A stretch of DNA of 64,000 nt from Octopus bimaculoides (Eukaryota). Location: assembly GCF_001194135.2 (NCBI RefSeq), contig NC_068988.1, positions 47,640,928 through 47,704,927 on the forward strand. Reading direction: 5' to 3'. Positions 37,513-50,796 of the stretch are shown here, one piece after another; within the stretch, counting starts at the first letter, position 1, and every line of letters begins with the position of its first letter. The position numbers were made by a program, and so were the translations under genes. A model generated the notes under the pieces. The model was not told where the DNA came from, did not search any database, and saw only the letters and a list, made by a program, of their open reading frames with translations.

Positions 37513-40348
37513 TTAATTTTATACAGATATGCATAAATATGTATGTGTAAGTTGAAGTGATAAAAAGTATTTTATTTATGCTGAAGTGTTTAAAAAAGAC
37601 AATGCAAAGAAAGAAATTTGAAGCATGATTAAACAAAGCATGTCGTTGCCCCACGATGATGCATCTGCTCACGAATTACATTTAATCATTGACTGTTCGG
37701 CTAAACATGAGACGAATGAATTCTGTTTTTACTTGACCTCTAACTATACAGAACTGGATCTTAGGAACTTTTTGTACCAAAGACAAAATGCACTCTGAAA
37801 GGCTACCGCTTTCTGATTAACCAAGAGGTCCACGAAAATTTGTCACGCGAACTACGCACTACAATGCCTTACAATTCATTCTCAAGTGAGAAATAAATCG
37901 TTAGAGACAGAATATCGACAGTGCAGGAAACAATTTTGATAAAATTGCGAGTAAAGGAACAAATTTGTTTGAATTTGTTTTTTATAAAATTCGTATTCTT
38001 TTCTGACTGACCGCAGATTTGCCTCTGTGTGTGTGTGTGAGTGTGTGTGTGTGCGCGCGCGTGCGCGCACGCGTGTGTATGCGTACGTGGGTGTGTCTGC
38101 GTCTGCGTCCGTGCGTTCTGTATACTTATATATTCATAATACACAAATATTAATATCCTACTTGTACAGCCCGCCCCGCTCTCTTTTTCTATTTCTCTCT
38201 CTCTATCTCTCTCTCTCACACACACACACACTCCCCCTCTTTCTCCCTTTCAAATTCTCGATATTCTACATGATCAAAACAATATTCATGCGTCTGCTCG
38301 CGGTTACATAAAAACTAAAAATTGTAATGTTTGCCTGAGCAAATGATTAGGCATAATTGATATATACACATAATGGGTGTCTGTTTAATTGTGTATGTGA
38401 GAGGGAGAGAGAAAGTGAGAGAGAGAGAGAGAGAGTGTGTGTGTGTGTGTGTGTACAATGCAAAAATTGATTTAACAACAAATACGAATGGAAAATGAAT
38501 GTTGTACAAAGAATAGGAATTAAAATTTGATTGTGTTGCCCCAACACTTTGGCATACATTATTAAATCTATATTGTACAGACCCACAAAATTCAGACGAA
38601 AAGTAGTCATTTAAATCGACACTAGTAGTTGATTGAGACATAGTTTTATTGATCCCAGAAGGATGAAAGGTAATGCCAATCTCATCTGAATTTAAACTTA
38701 GATTTTAAAAGGACGTAATTAAACAACACAAGGCATTGTGTCCAATTCTCTAACAATTCTACCACCTTATTAAAATAAATTAGACTATGAATGAATACAA
38801 ATAATCAGCGATATTAAACACAAAACAAAGCTACAAATTTGGGACGTTAGTATTCCAGAATAAATCTTCCAAAGTCATCATTGACTTGTATTATATATTG
38901 TACCAACTCGAGAACGATCAAAGGTAAATTCACTTCGGTAGGATTTGAACTCAGCATGTAACAAGACACGGCTAAAACTCCGTAAGGTATTTTATCAGAT
39001 GCTCCACCTTTTCCTGTCATCCAACAAAAGGAAAAAGAAACTGAAAGACACGAACAGAAATAATGAGTGGTCTTCAAAATAAAGTCGCTGGGATTGCATA
39101 AGAAACCTAATGATTTTTTTTGTTTTTGTGCGCAAATTTTTTTATGCAGTATTTCTCTTTGCTTCTAATGCCGATGTCTCTCGGCATGGTTATTATATTG
39201 GCTTTAATGAGACAGCTCATTGTTTGTTTTTCATCGATAGTATCAATAATTATTAATGTTTAAGTGTTTCATGAATTAACAAGGTTTCTCTTGTGTATTC
39301 GATCAATTGTGACCTTGTCAATCTGTTGGGCTGAGATTTAGATGCTGTTACATCCCTTGGCTTCGATTCTTCCGGATTATCACTAAATACATACATTTAG
39401 TTGAAAGCTCTTACAATGCTGGCCAATTCAGTGTCCTGTCTTGTTAATTAATATCGATTTCTTATTTGTTACAAACACTATAAAGACATAATCACTAAAT
39501 AAGCCAATTTTGCATGGCAGTTTCAATTTTAAGTCAGAGTAATTTCACTTTGCTTACCCTAATGAATATTTCAAATTTTGACACAAGGCCAGCAATTTTT
39601 AGGAGACAAGTGTTAGTCAACACCAGTACTTGACTGGTATTTATTTTATCGATCCCGAAAGGATAAAAGGCAAAGTCAACCTCAGCGGAATTTGGATATA
39701 GAACGTAACGTGCCGGAAGAAATGCTGCTAAGAATTTTGTCCGACGCGATGACCATTCTACCAGCTCTCCTTTCTTCTTTATCCTAGTGAAGCTAAATGA
39801 AAATGTTTCAATGTCACAAAATACATATCCTCACAAAAATAAACAATAAAAGTTAGTTTTTTTTTTCCTTATCAAAACTAATATCAGTTTCTAGTTACAA
39901 AAAATAGTCTCCTTGGAAAACTTGCTGTTGTTCTTTAGTTCCAGGTCAATTATGATCAAGCAGACATTTGGCGAAAAGCATTCTAGATTATTCGGTCTTT
40001 CAGTATATTGGGAACAACAATGTTCAGTGAATTCTCCTTTTTGTTTTTCGTTTCTTTTTTCAAGATAACAAGTTATAATTTGAGTAAGATCTAGTAGTTG
40101 TTTCTAGCAAACCCGAGTGATCCCCATAGAAGAATTAAAAGATTACGTGATGCTCATGTCCAACTTAAGGGAATTAGTAGAATACATCAAATATAATGGC
40201 TATCAAACAGTCATCAAATTAATTATACATACTCGGCTCCTTCAACTTACTTTTGATTACTAGCGAACACAGGAAATATTTAAAATTAACAAAATAGAAT
40301 TCTGTACCATTCCACATAAAACTGCTTAAGAATAAAAGGTATTAGTAA

Positions 40349-40400
40349 CAGTCAGCAATAAAGATACCAGTCAGCAATAGAGGTACCAGTCAACAATAAA
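40349..40400. repeat. 3 x 19-bp tandem repeat
   Basis: CAGTCAGCAATAAAGATAC / CAGTCAGCAATAGAGGTAC / CAGTCAACAATAAA. Confidence 0.85.
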
Positions 40401-41309
40401 GTGTTAGGTGGATAGGATCAGCTTGCTATTTCTATAATGCTAGGCAAATATGAAAGAGGTGAGTCGGCACAAATTAATCATATATGATATTCCAGTGATC
40501 CTCAACTTATCTTTTATTCAAACAAAGTGTATCGAGAACTATATTATCCATTGTGCACTTGAACGAGAATGACCTTGACTAGGAATTGAAAGAACATCGT
40601 GGAATCATCTCTGTGTGTCTGACATTTGACAATCAGTTATATAAATAATTACTTCTGCATGGCATAAACTCGGCCTGCTAGAAATAGCAGTAAAATCACA
40701 CACAAATTCCGATCATTTTTTAAAAAGGAAGGTCACTATGGATAGTATAATTCTCGATACACCTTTGATGAAAAAAAGTTAAGTGGAGGATCATTGGAAT
40801 ATCACATATGATTAATTTGTGCAGACTGGCGGCTAAGAAGCAATGATTTCTAACATCACAGACAATACAACATTGCTACCAACTTAGCCTCTATTATAAT
40901 TTACCTAGAATTATAGAAATAACAAGCTGACCCTCTACACATAAATTTTACTACTGACTGGTACCTCTGACGAGGAAACCTCTATAGGATAAGACAACAC
41001 GTTACAAATGGTGAGCAAATTTTCATCAAATTATACCTTGCCATCTTAATTCAGAATGTTACATTACAACACATTATAGCCCCTGATATACAAAATGATG
41101 TAATGGTGCCTAGTACGCTATTCCTCCGACGTCTGTTCCATCCTATTTAAATTGAATTACATAACATAACCGTTCGAGCTAATGAAACAGTCTTTGCATT
41201 GTCACTCGACCTACTTGAAATAGAAACCAAAGTTACCCCAAATACCACATCCTATTGTTTTAATCATCCATTACTCTATCTCTCTTATTTTCTGTTATTT
41301 CCTCTGCTG

Positions 41310-41495
41310 AAGGTAGCAAACTGGTAGAACCGTTAGCATGCCGCCCAAAATGCTTAACAGCATTTCGTCTGTCTTCAGTTTCTGAGTTCAAATTCCACCG
41401 AGGTCAACTTTACTTTTCACCAGTTGCGTACTGGGGTCGATCTAATCGACTGCCCCACTCCCAAAAGCTTCGAGCCTTGTGCCTAGAATAGAAAA
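41310..41495 (+). mobile_element. SINE family A copy
   Basis: GGTAGCAAACTGGTAGAACCGTTAGC..CTGAGTTCAAATTCCACCGAGGTCAAC..GGGGTCGATCTAATCGAC. Confidence 0.8.
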
Positions 41496-42067
41496 GAATA
41501 TCTGTCATTATAGCAGTTTATCTCTCTATCTCTCTCTCTCTCTCTCTCACTTTCTACTACTACTACTACCCTGACTCTCTGTCACCTCCTTTCGCTTATC
41601 ATTTTACTCTTTTACTCTTTTTTCCTTTTATCCTGGGTCTCTTCGCACACATTGTGTGAAAAAGGAAGGATTAAACGATGGAAGACGATACAGAGAACTT
41701 AGGATCTTACTTACTCATGATGGGGTAGATACAACATCTCAATCGCCCGTAAACGAAGAATTGAAAGAAATGCGGGAATGAGAGATATCACTTAGACAAG
41801 ACAACACGATTAAATGCTCCTAGCACACATTGTGAAGTGGTTGGTAATAAGCAAGGTATCTAGCCATAGAATTAGAAACCACTCAAAACATTGTACGGAA
41901 AGTGTGACTTAGCCTGTGTGTATCTAATGAAAATCAGAACTGATTCGGTGTATGAAAACCGTCCAACCCATGATAGGAGGAAAAAGTGGAAAAAAAGTAC
42001 TTATAATGATGGAATATGTATGTATGAATATGTGTCTGTGTATGTGCATGCCTGTTTGTGTGTGTGT

Positions 42068-42104
<37 letters not shown>

Positions 42105-44289
42105 GCGTGTGTGTGTGTGTGTACTAATCGTGTTTGGCTTTATGTTTGCTTGTGTAAAAACCGGTAGTGTATGAAAAGGCATACTTTTGCGATTGGAAAA
42201 ATATATAGCAGTAAATCAAGTGCCAGACTGAAATACGGTGGCCTCTTACGAACAAAAACTGCAAATTTTGATGGTGATGTTCCAGTGTGGCTACAGTTTA
42301 ATGACGGAAATCAGTAAAAGAAAAATAAGCAAATATTAAAAAGACCAATATACTATTCTCTAATAAAACCCGAGTAAGTTCAACATTTTCTTTGCAACTT
42401 TCTATTTAATTTAGTCAATGTCTTGTCGTTCTGAATTAAAATACATTCCGGGAAACTATAGTTAAAAGTTGAGGAAGAAGAAATATTCATCTTCATTCTT
42501 GAATCTCAACGCGCATAATGAAAACGGTGAATTTTATTTAAAAAGAGACAGATTCCAATTTTCAATACAACCTGTGGCATATAAAATCAGTTATATTCAC
42601 TGCCAGTAGGCAAATTTCTTAGAACCACACAATTCAAACGAAAGAATGCGAATCTATACCAAACGCACAAGATCTAATTAAAGAATATTGCTGATGGAAT
42701 GTATCTATAAAAAGACAGCTTCCTAAGATCATAAGACGGCAACTAAACTCATTTAACAGCTTCCATAAATGACCGGAAGATTTTGCAAATTTATTCTTTA
42801 ATACTGATTAGGTACTCAAGTCATTCTATTTATGCAACAAATTACAGTTTTCATAGAATTCTCAACAATTGTATTAATAAATATATGAATGTTATTCATT
42901 ATTTAACTACATTAGAGGTGGGTAAGCGAATTGTCATGTACTGGGAACAATTTAATTGAAGCATACTCACGTCTAAAATTGTTGGACGATTTCTAACTAA
43001 GACTTTGTTCCTTAGTTAGAAATCATTATTCACCTACATTAGAAGTAGATGGCTGGATCGGTAGTGCATCAGATAAATAAACTTGTGGTATTTAATTATG
43101 TAGTATTACGCTATGAGTTGAAATCCTGCCCAGGTCATCTTTGCAATTCATCATTCCGATATTGATTAAAACTTTTTCAATCTACAAATACTAGAGGTAA
43201 TGTAATCGCCTATAAAGCAAGAGGTCAGTACCCAAGTATGACCACATACCAATGACTGAAATCACTGAAAGAATTATATATATATATATATNNNNNNNNN
43301 NNNNNNNNNNNNNNNNNNNNNNNNNNNNNNNNNNNNNNNNNNNNNNNNNNNNNNNNNNNNNNNNNNNNNNNNNNNNNNNNNNNNNNNNNNNNNNNNNNNN
43401 NNNNNNNNNNNNNNNNNNNNNNNNNNNNNNNNNNNNNNNNNNNNNNNNNNNNNNNNNNNNNNNNNNNNNNNNNNNNNNNNNNNNNNNNNNNNNNNNNNNN
43501 NNNNNNNNNNNNNNNNNNNNNNNNNNNNNNNNNNNNNNNNNNNNNNNNNNNNNNNNNNNNNNNNNNNNNNNNNNNNNNNNNNNNNNNNNNNNNNNNNNNN
43601 NNNNNNNNNNNNNNNNNNNNNNNNNNNNNNNNNNNNNNNNNNNNNNNNNNNNNNNNNNNNNNNNNNNNNNNNNNNNNNNNNNNNNNNNNNNNNNNNNNNN
43701 NNNNNNNNNNNNNNNNNNNNNNNNNNNNNNNNNNNNNNNNNNNNNNNNNNNNNNNNNNNNNNNNNNNNNNNNNNNNNNNNNNNNNNNNNNNNNNNNNNNN
43801 NNNNNNNNNNNNNNNNNNNNNNNNNNNNNNNNNNNNNNNNNNNNNNNNNNNNNNNNNNNNNNNNNNNNNNNNNNNNNNNNNNNNNNNNNNNNNNNNNNNN
43901 NNNNNNNNNNNNNNNNNNNNNNNNNNNNNNNNNNNNNNNNNNNNNNNNNNNNNNNNNNNNNNNNNNNNNNNNNNNNNNNNNNNNNNNNNNNNNNNNNNNN
44001 NNNNNNNNNNNNNNNNNNNNNNNNNNNNNNNNNNNNNNNNNNNNNNNNNNNNNNNNNNNNNNNNNNNNNNNNNNNNNNNNNNNNNNNNNNNNNNNNNNNN
44101 NNNNNNNNNNNNNNNNNNNNNNNNNNNNNNNNNNNNNNNNNNNNNNNNNNNNNNNNNNNNNNNNNNNNNNNNNNNNNNNNNNNNNNNNNNNNNNNNNNNN
44201 NNNNNNNNNNNNNNNNNNNTATATATATATATATATATATATCGTATTTCAGAGTAACGGTCAAAGTCTATTTCGTCTGATATGATATA

Positions 44290-44526
44290 CAGTAATCACT
44301 CGCTATATCACGGTTTACCTATCGCGGTTCACCTATCGTGGTTTATTATTTAAGCTTTGCCGATACCTCCGTGGTGTTGTTTTGCATTGATAATAAAATA
44401 AAGATATAAAGTTATAAAGATAATAATATATATATATATACAGTACTGTTTCTAGTTCGCGGGTTTTCACCTATCGCGGAAGGTGGGGGTGGAACATTGC
44501 ACCCTCGATAGTCGAGGGTTTTACTG
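44290..44526. mobile_element. Pogo/Tigger-like MITE
   Basis: TA-CAGTAATCACTCGCTATATC...GATAGTCGAGGGTTTTACTG-TA: imperfect TIRs beginning CAGT, TA duplication. Confidence 0.75.
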
Positions 44527-44599
44527 TATTATAATACAACTAAAGAATGACATAAACTACAAAATAACCTGACGGAAAATACTTTCAGCTGGCTTAGGA

Positions 44600-46230
44600 A
44601 TAAGAAAGCTGATCTACAGAACCGAGCATAGAGGGTTCATACTCTGTCACGATGAGTGTTAACAAAGGTATAACTTGATGCAAAATATGTAAAATGGAAA
44701 AACAAATATACGTGCGTATACGATCCAACAATACACATAGCAAAAGAGGTGGCTTAATAGCACTATAACCAATGCTTCTTTCCACCTGAAGCGATTCACT
44801 CTAACACACTCAGTCACTAAACCATCAACCACACTTTTCCAGACATCATCTTTTATTCCACACGCTTAAAAAAAACACTTGGCAAACACTTCTACAAATT
44901 TCCTCAGACCACTTACTAATTATTATCACAGCAAACTCACTTATTTAAGTGATGAAAGAAAAAATACTTTAACAAACTTTCAAGAAAAGAGAGAGAGAGA
45001 GAGAGAGAGAGAGAAGAAATAGAATCAAGCTTTTTTTTTTCTTGTTCTTTGTTTTGTTTTTCGGATTTAACAACATCTCAATCACCAACACAGACGTTAC
45101 AGTTCAAATAATAAAATAATTACAGATGCATCTAAAAAAAATAAAACTCATCTCCCAAGGAAACACAAAATACAACCCTTAAATTGTACACAACAAATAA
45201 CTAGCCTCATCAAAACTAGAAACGAACTCAAGAGAAATGTACCAAAAGCATTGACAAAAATACAACCCTGCATCAAACAACTAAAGAGGAATATTAGAAA
45301 CAGATCATGGGAAAAGAGGAAGCTAACAAATATATGTATTTGACAAAAAAGAGCGAAACTAACAGTAAAACATTATGTAGGGTAATTAGCAATATCATCA
45401 CCAAGAAAGTTGTTGTTGTTCTGTTGGCACTCCGTCGCTTACGACGTCGAGGGCTCTAGTTGATCTGATCAACGGAACAGCCTGCTCGTGAAATTAACGT
45501 GCAAGTGGCTGAGCACTCCACAGACACGTGTACCCTTAACGTAGTTCACGGGGATATTCAGCGTGACACAGTGTGACAAAGCTGACCCTTTAAATTACAG
45601 GTACAACAGAAACAGGAAGAAAGAGTGAGAGAAAGTTGTGGTGAAAGAGTACAGCAGGGTTCGCCACCATCCCCTGCCGGAGTCTCGTGGAGCTTTAGGT
45701 GTTTTCGCTCAATAAACACTTACAACGCCCGGTTTGGGAAGCGAAACCACGATCCTATGACCGCGAGTCCGCTGCCCTAACCACTGGGCCATTGCGCCTC
45801 CACACTAAGAAAGTTACAACATACTTTATGTTAGAATAACAACCTCAAATAATATACCCACACTGCAACACCACACAAACGCCCTAACAGCCATTTCTTG
45901 AAAACCAAACACCAAAATATCTCACAAAACGCAATGACCAATTTTTTTCTACTTACAATGTTTTTGTTTTGTTTTTTTTTTACTGGTTCCTTCCATTAGA
46001 CACTCAATAAGTAATAGGAAAATTTAATGCAAAAGGCTCAGTACTTGAAAAAATCCCAGATATGCACCTAGATGTATAGGTCCTGAAACAATCAGAGCAT
46101 TCCCTATATATACAAATACTCATAATAAATTTTGTCAAATTCTTAGAAACTGGAATCTGGGCAAAATCGTAATTCAAAACCCACCAAGATGCCAAAAGAA
46201 ACGGCATCATATAGACCTTCTATGGAGATC
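44600..46230 (+). mobile_element. Decayed I/Jockey-type LINE (endonuclease end, linker, start of RT), interrupted by a SINE
   Basis: A-rich coding-like sequence: KRGGLIAL, IITDASK..PQGN, and NWNLGKIVIQ..SYRP (WKLGKIIPI..SYRP). Confidence 0.5.
45412..45806 (-). mobile_element. SINE family C, full length with 9-bp TSD
   Basis: Reverse complement of 13887-14257; AAGAAAGTT at 45403-45411 and 45807-45815. Confidence 0.9.
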
Positions 46231-47144
46231 CTGAAATTTTTTTGTATGGATCATTTCGATGTACATACCTACATTCCAAATTTCAGTCGACTATACTCAA
46301 TGACTACCTATTTATAAACTGACATGTAATTTTCTGTGTCAGTTCATATGGTTTTCTGCCTTTTTCAAGATAGAAAGTCAGTGTATGCAAATAAGGCCAA
46401 AATCTTGAGGTTTTTCAGTCACGTTTTGTTCACAGTGAGTACCCTGGATTTGCTTGCCTAGTTTATTTGCAAATCAACTACGTTGAGAAAGAGTAATGAC
46501 ATTATATTTCTTTCTGCTCTTAAACGAATGCTTATGCTATGTTTCTAACATTAAATATAACCGTGGTTAATTTTATGCAAGTTTTTAATTTAAACTGCTG
46601 ATTCTACAACCTGTTTCTCTATGATTACGTTTGGCAGGGTTATTAGATTCAAAGGACCACAAGTCGTGCCTCTGTAATTGCCTCAGTTTTTGTTGTTGTG
46701 TAGTGTTTATAAATATCTAACTGTCGTTACAGGTCTATAATCCTGTTATTCATACATCCGTATCAGGCGTTAACAAAATTTTATTGAAGATTTTGCTGTA
46801 TCTGTGAGGAGTGTAGAAGTGCTACACACACACACAGAAACAGCGGTTTATATTCCTTTATATTCTTCTTATAAAAACAATAGTTAGTTATACTTGCAAT
46901 GGGAATGAGTGGAGCCACTTAATGAGTGTGAGCATGTTTGGAAAAGACAGATATAATGTGTGCATTTGTAATTACTATAATGCATAATTATGCTTTTTAT
47001 TCAGATTTTGATTTACACATAAGGACACCCAAGAAATCCCTAGCCAACTCAGGAGTTATATCCCATACATGCCACGAAAATGTCTAAATGTCTAATATTT
47101 TTTGTTAGCTTTGTATATCTATCTATCCATCCATCTATCTATCT

Positions 47145-47185
<41 letters not shown>

Positions 47186-47283
47186 NNNNNNNNNNNNNNN
47201 NNNNNNNNNNNNNNNNNNNNNNNNNNNNNNNNNNNNNNNNNNNNNNNNNNNNNNNNNNNNNNNNNNNNNNNNNNNNNNNNNNN

Positions 47284-47347
<64 letters not shown>

Positions 47348-48559
47348 TTCAAAATTTTAAATTAACGAGGCTGATTACTTGAAGGCACCACCCTCATGGA
47401 AAACAACAGTTAAGTTAGTGTTAACATATTTAATGTCGAAAGCATTGAAAAGGTGTTGAGAAAGAGTGACAGATATCGGGACAAATTATCCCCGGATAAT
47501 CGCCTCTCGAACTGAATCACTAATTCAACTTACAACACTTTAACGTCAACGTACCTCACGACTTCATTCTACACCACAACTTTAGTTCTTTGCTACCTCA
47601 ACCTATACCATTACCACAACCTACACCACAGTATTCGACAATCTACCTACAACTTCAATTTACTTCACTATTTCAGCTGTACCGCACCTCATAATTTCAA
47701 CGTATTTCACAACTTCGGCATATACCATATATTTCTATGTCACAACTTAACCTACTCGACAACTTCATACACAACGACTCCAATCAACGTGGTGTCTTCA
47801 ATTCCAGATTATTTAGGAGTTATTATCTAATGGGAGAGTTGTCTGTAGTGATGGAATGTCAATTGTCCACTTATCAAAAAGACATTAGTTCAATATCTAA
47901 TTTTATCATTTTTAGTTCAGAAAATATACGAGGAGACAACTTCGTGCATGTTTCATTCATATATCAGATTTCCTCAGCGAAGTATAGACTTTCCTGTATA
48001 TATTTCTCTTAACTTTTCTAATGCTTTTATACATTAAACATATTAACACTAACTTAAAGAGAGAATAACATTTATTTTGTCACTCTCCTGTTCTGTGAAT
48101 CTCTACTGTCCATATATCATTGTATGATATTAGGTACATTTTCAGCATTAGAGCAAATCGGGCAATTATTCTTTTCCACCTACGAGAACACTAATTCAGT
48201 ATCTGTCCTACATCTAACAGTGGCAATTGTAGGAGCTAATCACTTATCTGCTGCAATCAAGATAAATTAGAATACTTTCTCTCATAATATAGAAGAGTTA
48301 AGACACTTATGCAAAACGCTATCTATCTGGTCATTTCATTAGAAGAATTCCATGCTCCACTAAGTCGGCTCTGTTACAAATTTGCACGCCATTTATATAT
48401 GCAAACCAATCCATTGTTGCCATCTCTGACAACTATCATTGGTAATAGTCATTAACGTAGAAGTACGTTTAACTTGATTTAATGCACACATTTTACAGTT
48501 GCACATGTCAAAGACAAACCTATTGGTCGTTAGTGTGTGAGTGCATATGAGGTATTTGT

Positions 48560-49225
48560 TTAGTGCTGGTGACGGTGGTGGTAGTGGTGCTCTTGCTGGT
48601 CATTGCAGTAATATGTGAAGGGGTAACGGTGGAGTAGGTGTTGGTAGTTGTGGTGGTAGGGATGACGGTGGTGGTGTGCGGGTGCAGGGGTGATTAGTGT
48701 TTGTCATATGGGGTTGTTTGAGATGATGATATTGATGCTGTTAGTGGTTGTACGGGAAATAGGCTGTATAAGGTGTTGGTAGTTGCAACAGTGATATTAC
48801 GTTGAGGAGGGGAGGGTGACTGTGATGGTGGTAGTAGTAGTGGTAGTAGTGGTGGTGGTATTGGTGGTGAAAGTAGTGCTGGTGTGTGAATGTTTTGTAG
48901 TTGTAGCTGTCGGGTGGTGAATGTGTTCATAGAGGAGGTGGTAGTATTGTGATTACTTTTAGTGGTGATTCTGGGTATGGTAGTGATATTGTGCATGTGT
49001 AGTGGTAGTGGTGGTGGTGGCCGCAGTTTGCGTGTATGCGGTGGAGTTGCTGGTTGTTACGGCGATATTTGTGAGTTTAGTGATGATGTTAATGTGTACA
49101 ACTATGGTGGCAGTACGTATGCTGTGTTTGTCGGTGCATGCGTGTGTGCGTGTATGTATCCATGTGTGCACACAGTACTAGTGATGGCGGTGGTGGTGGC
49201 GGTGGTGGTGGTGGTGGTGGTCGGG
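48560..49225. repeat. Degenerate (GGT/AGT)n low-complexity tract
   Basis: Direct reading; explains the poly-G/V/P/T ORFs. Confidence 0.9.
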
Positions 49226-49667
49226 ATAGTTGTAACACCATCACTACTAAATTGTCAGAAGAATTTGTTAGAAGTTTAGCAAGTGAAAGACGTGTGTCTG
49301 GAAGGCAGCGATCCTTACCAGATTTGCAACTGTTGACCACCGATTAAAACTCCAGCATTGAGGAAATTAATTTTCCAGTAGCTGAAAGCATTTGTGGTAT
49401 TAGCACTGACAATTGCCTTGTCGACAATGATTACTGACGATATATCATCAGTTAACTACCCAAGAACACTCATTTCGATATTGATATAAAGTTTCTAGGA
49501 AGGCAGCAGCAGCAGCAGCAGTAGAAGTAGTAGTAGCAGTAGTAATTGCTGTTTAATCACAGGTCAGTCCAGCGCGAGCAGATCTATAATCAAAGGCGTT
49601 CCAGTCAGGACCATTCCTTCTTTTTTCTTTTTGTGCTTTGTCATTTTTCTCCTTGTAGAATATTCTT

Positions 49668-49866
49668 CTCTACTCTAGGCACAAAATTTTGGGGGAGCGG
49701 GCCAGTCGATTAGATCGGCCCTAGTACGCAACTAGTACTTAATTTCTCGACTCGAAAGGATAAAATGCAAAGTCGACCTCGGTGAAATTTGAACTCAGAA
49801 CATAAAGACAGACGAAATACTGCTAAGCATTTTGCCCGGCGTGCTAGCGTTTCTGCCAGCTCGCCG
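49668..49866 (-). mobile_element. SINE family A copy
   Basis: Reverse complement of GGCGAGCTGGCAGAAACGCTAGC..CTGAGTTCAAATTTCACCGAGGTCGAC. Confidence 0.85.
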
Positions 49867-50014
49867 TTTTTTCCCCGTAGAATATTACACTAGCGCAGGT
49901 AAAGAAACACGGTTAAGGAGTTTATTTCACAGACATGTTGTTTGCGGTTTAATCCTTCTTCAGAAGGATGTAGTAGTAACTTCTGTGGATTCCTCGTACG
50001 TATGCATCGTTGAT

Positions 50015-50403
50015 CTTCTGTCTTTTAATTGTTTCAGTCACTAGACTGCGGCCATGCTGGGGCACCACCTTGAAAAACTGTAGTCGAATCAATCGACCCC
50101 AGTACTTACTGTTTTAAAGCCGGATACTTATTTTATAGGTAGTTTTTATTTTTGGTGAACCGCTTAGTTGCAGGGACGTAAATACACCAATATTGGCTGT
50201 CAAGCAATGGTGGGGACAAACAGGAACACACACATACATATATATACGGCGGGCTTCTTCAGCTTCCGTTTACCAAATCCGCTAACAAGGCTTTGGTCGG
50301 TCTGAGGATATAGTAAAAGATATTTGCCAAAGGTGCCATGGAGTGGGACTGAAGGTGGAACCATGGTGGTTGGAGAGCAAGCTTCTTGCCACACAACGAC
50401 GCC
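50015..50403 (-). mobile_element. SINE family B copy
   Basis: Reverse complement of 31342-31676. Confidence 0.85.
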
Positions 50404-50404
50404 G

Positions 50405-50705
50405 ATCATCATCATCAGCATCGTTTAACGTCCGCTTTCCATGCTAGCATGGGTTGGACGATTTGACTGAGGACTGGCGAACCAGATGGCTGCACCAGGT
50501 TCCAATCTGATCTGGCAGAGTTTCTACAGCTGGATGCTCTTCCTAACGCCAACCACTCCGAGAGTGTAGTGGGTGCTTTTACGTACCACCGGCACGAGGG
50601 CTAGTCTGGCGGTACTGGCGACGGTCACACTCAAATGGTGTATTTTTACGTGCCAATTGCACAGGAATCAGTCCAGTGGCACTGACAACGACCTCACTTG
50701 AATGT
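50405..50705 (-). mobile_element. Retroposon family D with (GAT)n tail
   Basis: Reverse complement of 57195-57460; core GGTTGGCGTTAGGAAGRGCATCCAGCTGTAGAAACTCTGCC. Confidence 0.85.
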
Positions 50706-50720
50706 TTTGTTCATATATAT

Positions 50721-50796
<76 letters not shown>

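Noticed and set aside
38859-38923. Apparent exon AG..CAAAG/GTAAAT with an open frame
   Set aside because: The donor lies within a reverse-oriented family A SINE fragment.
40349-40400. Short direct repeats as a possible CRISPR-like array
   Set aside because: Contiguous 19-bp units with no spacers, in a eukaryotic context; an ordinary minisatellite.
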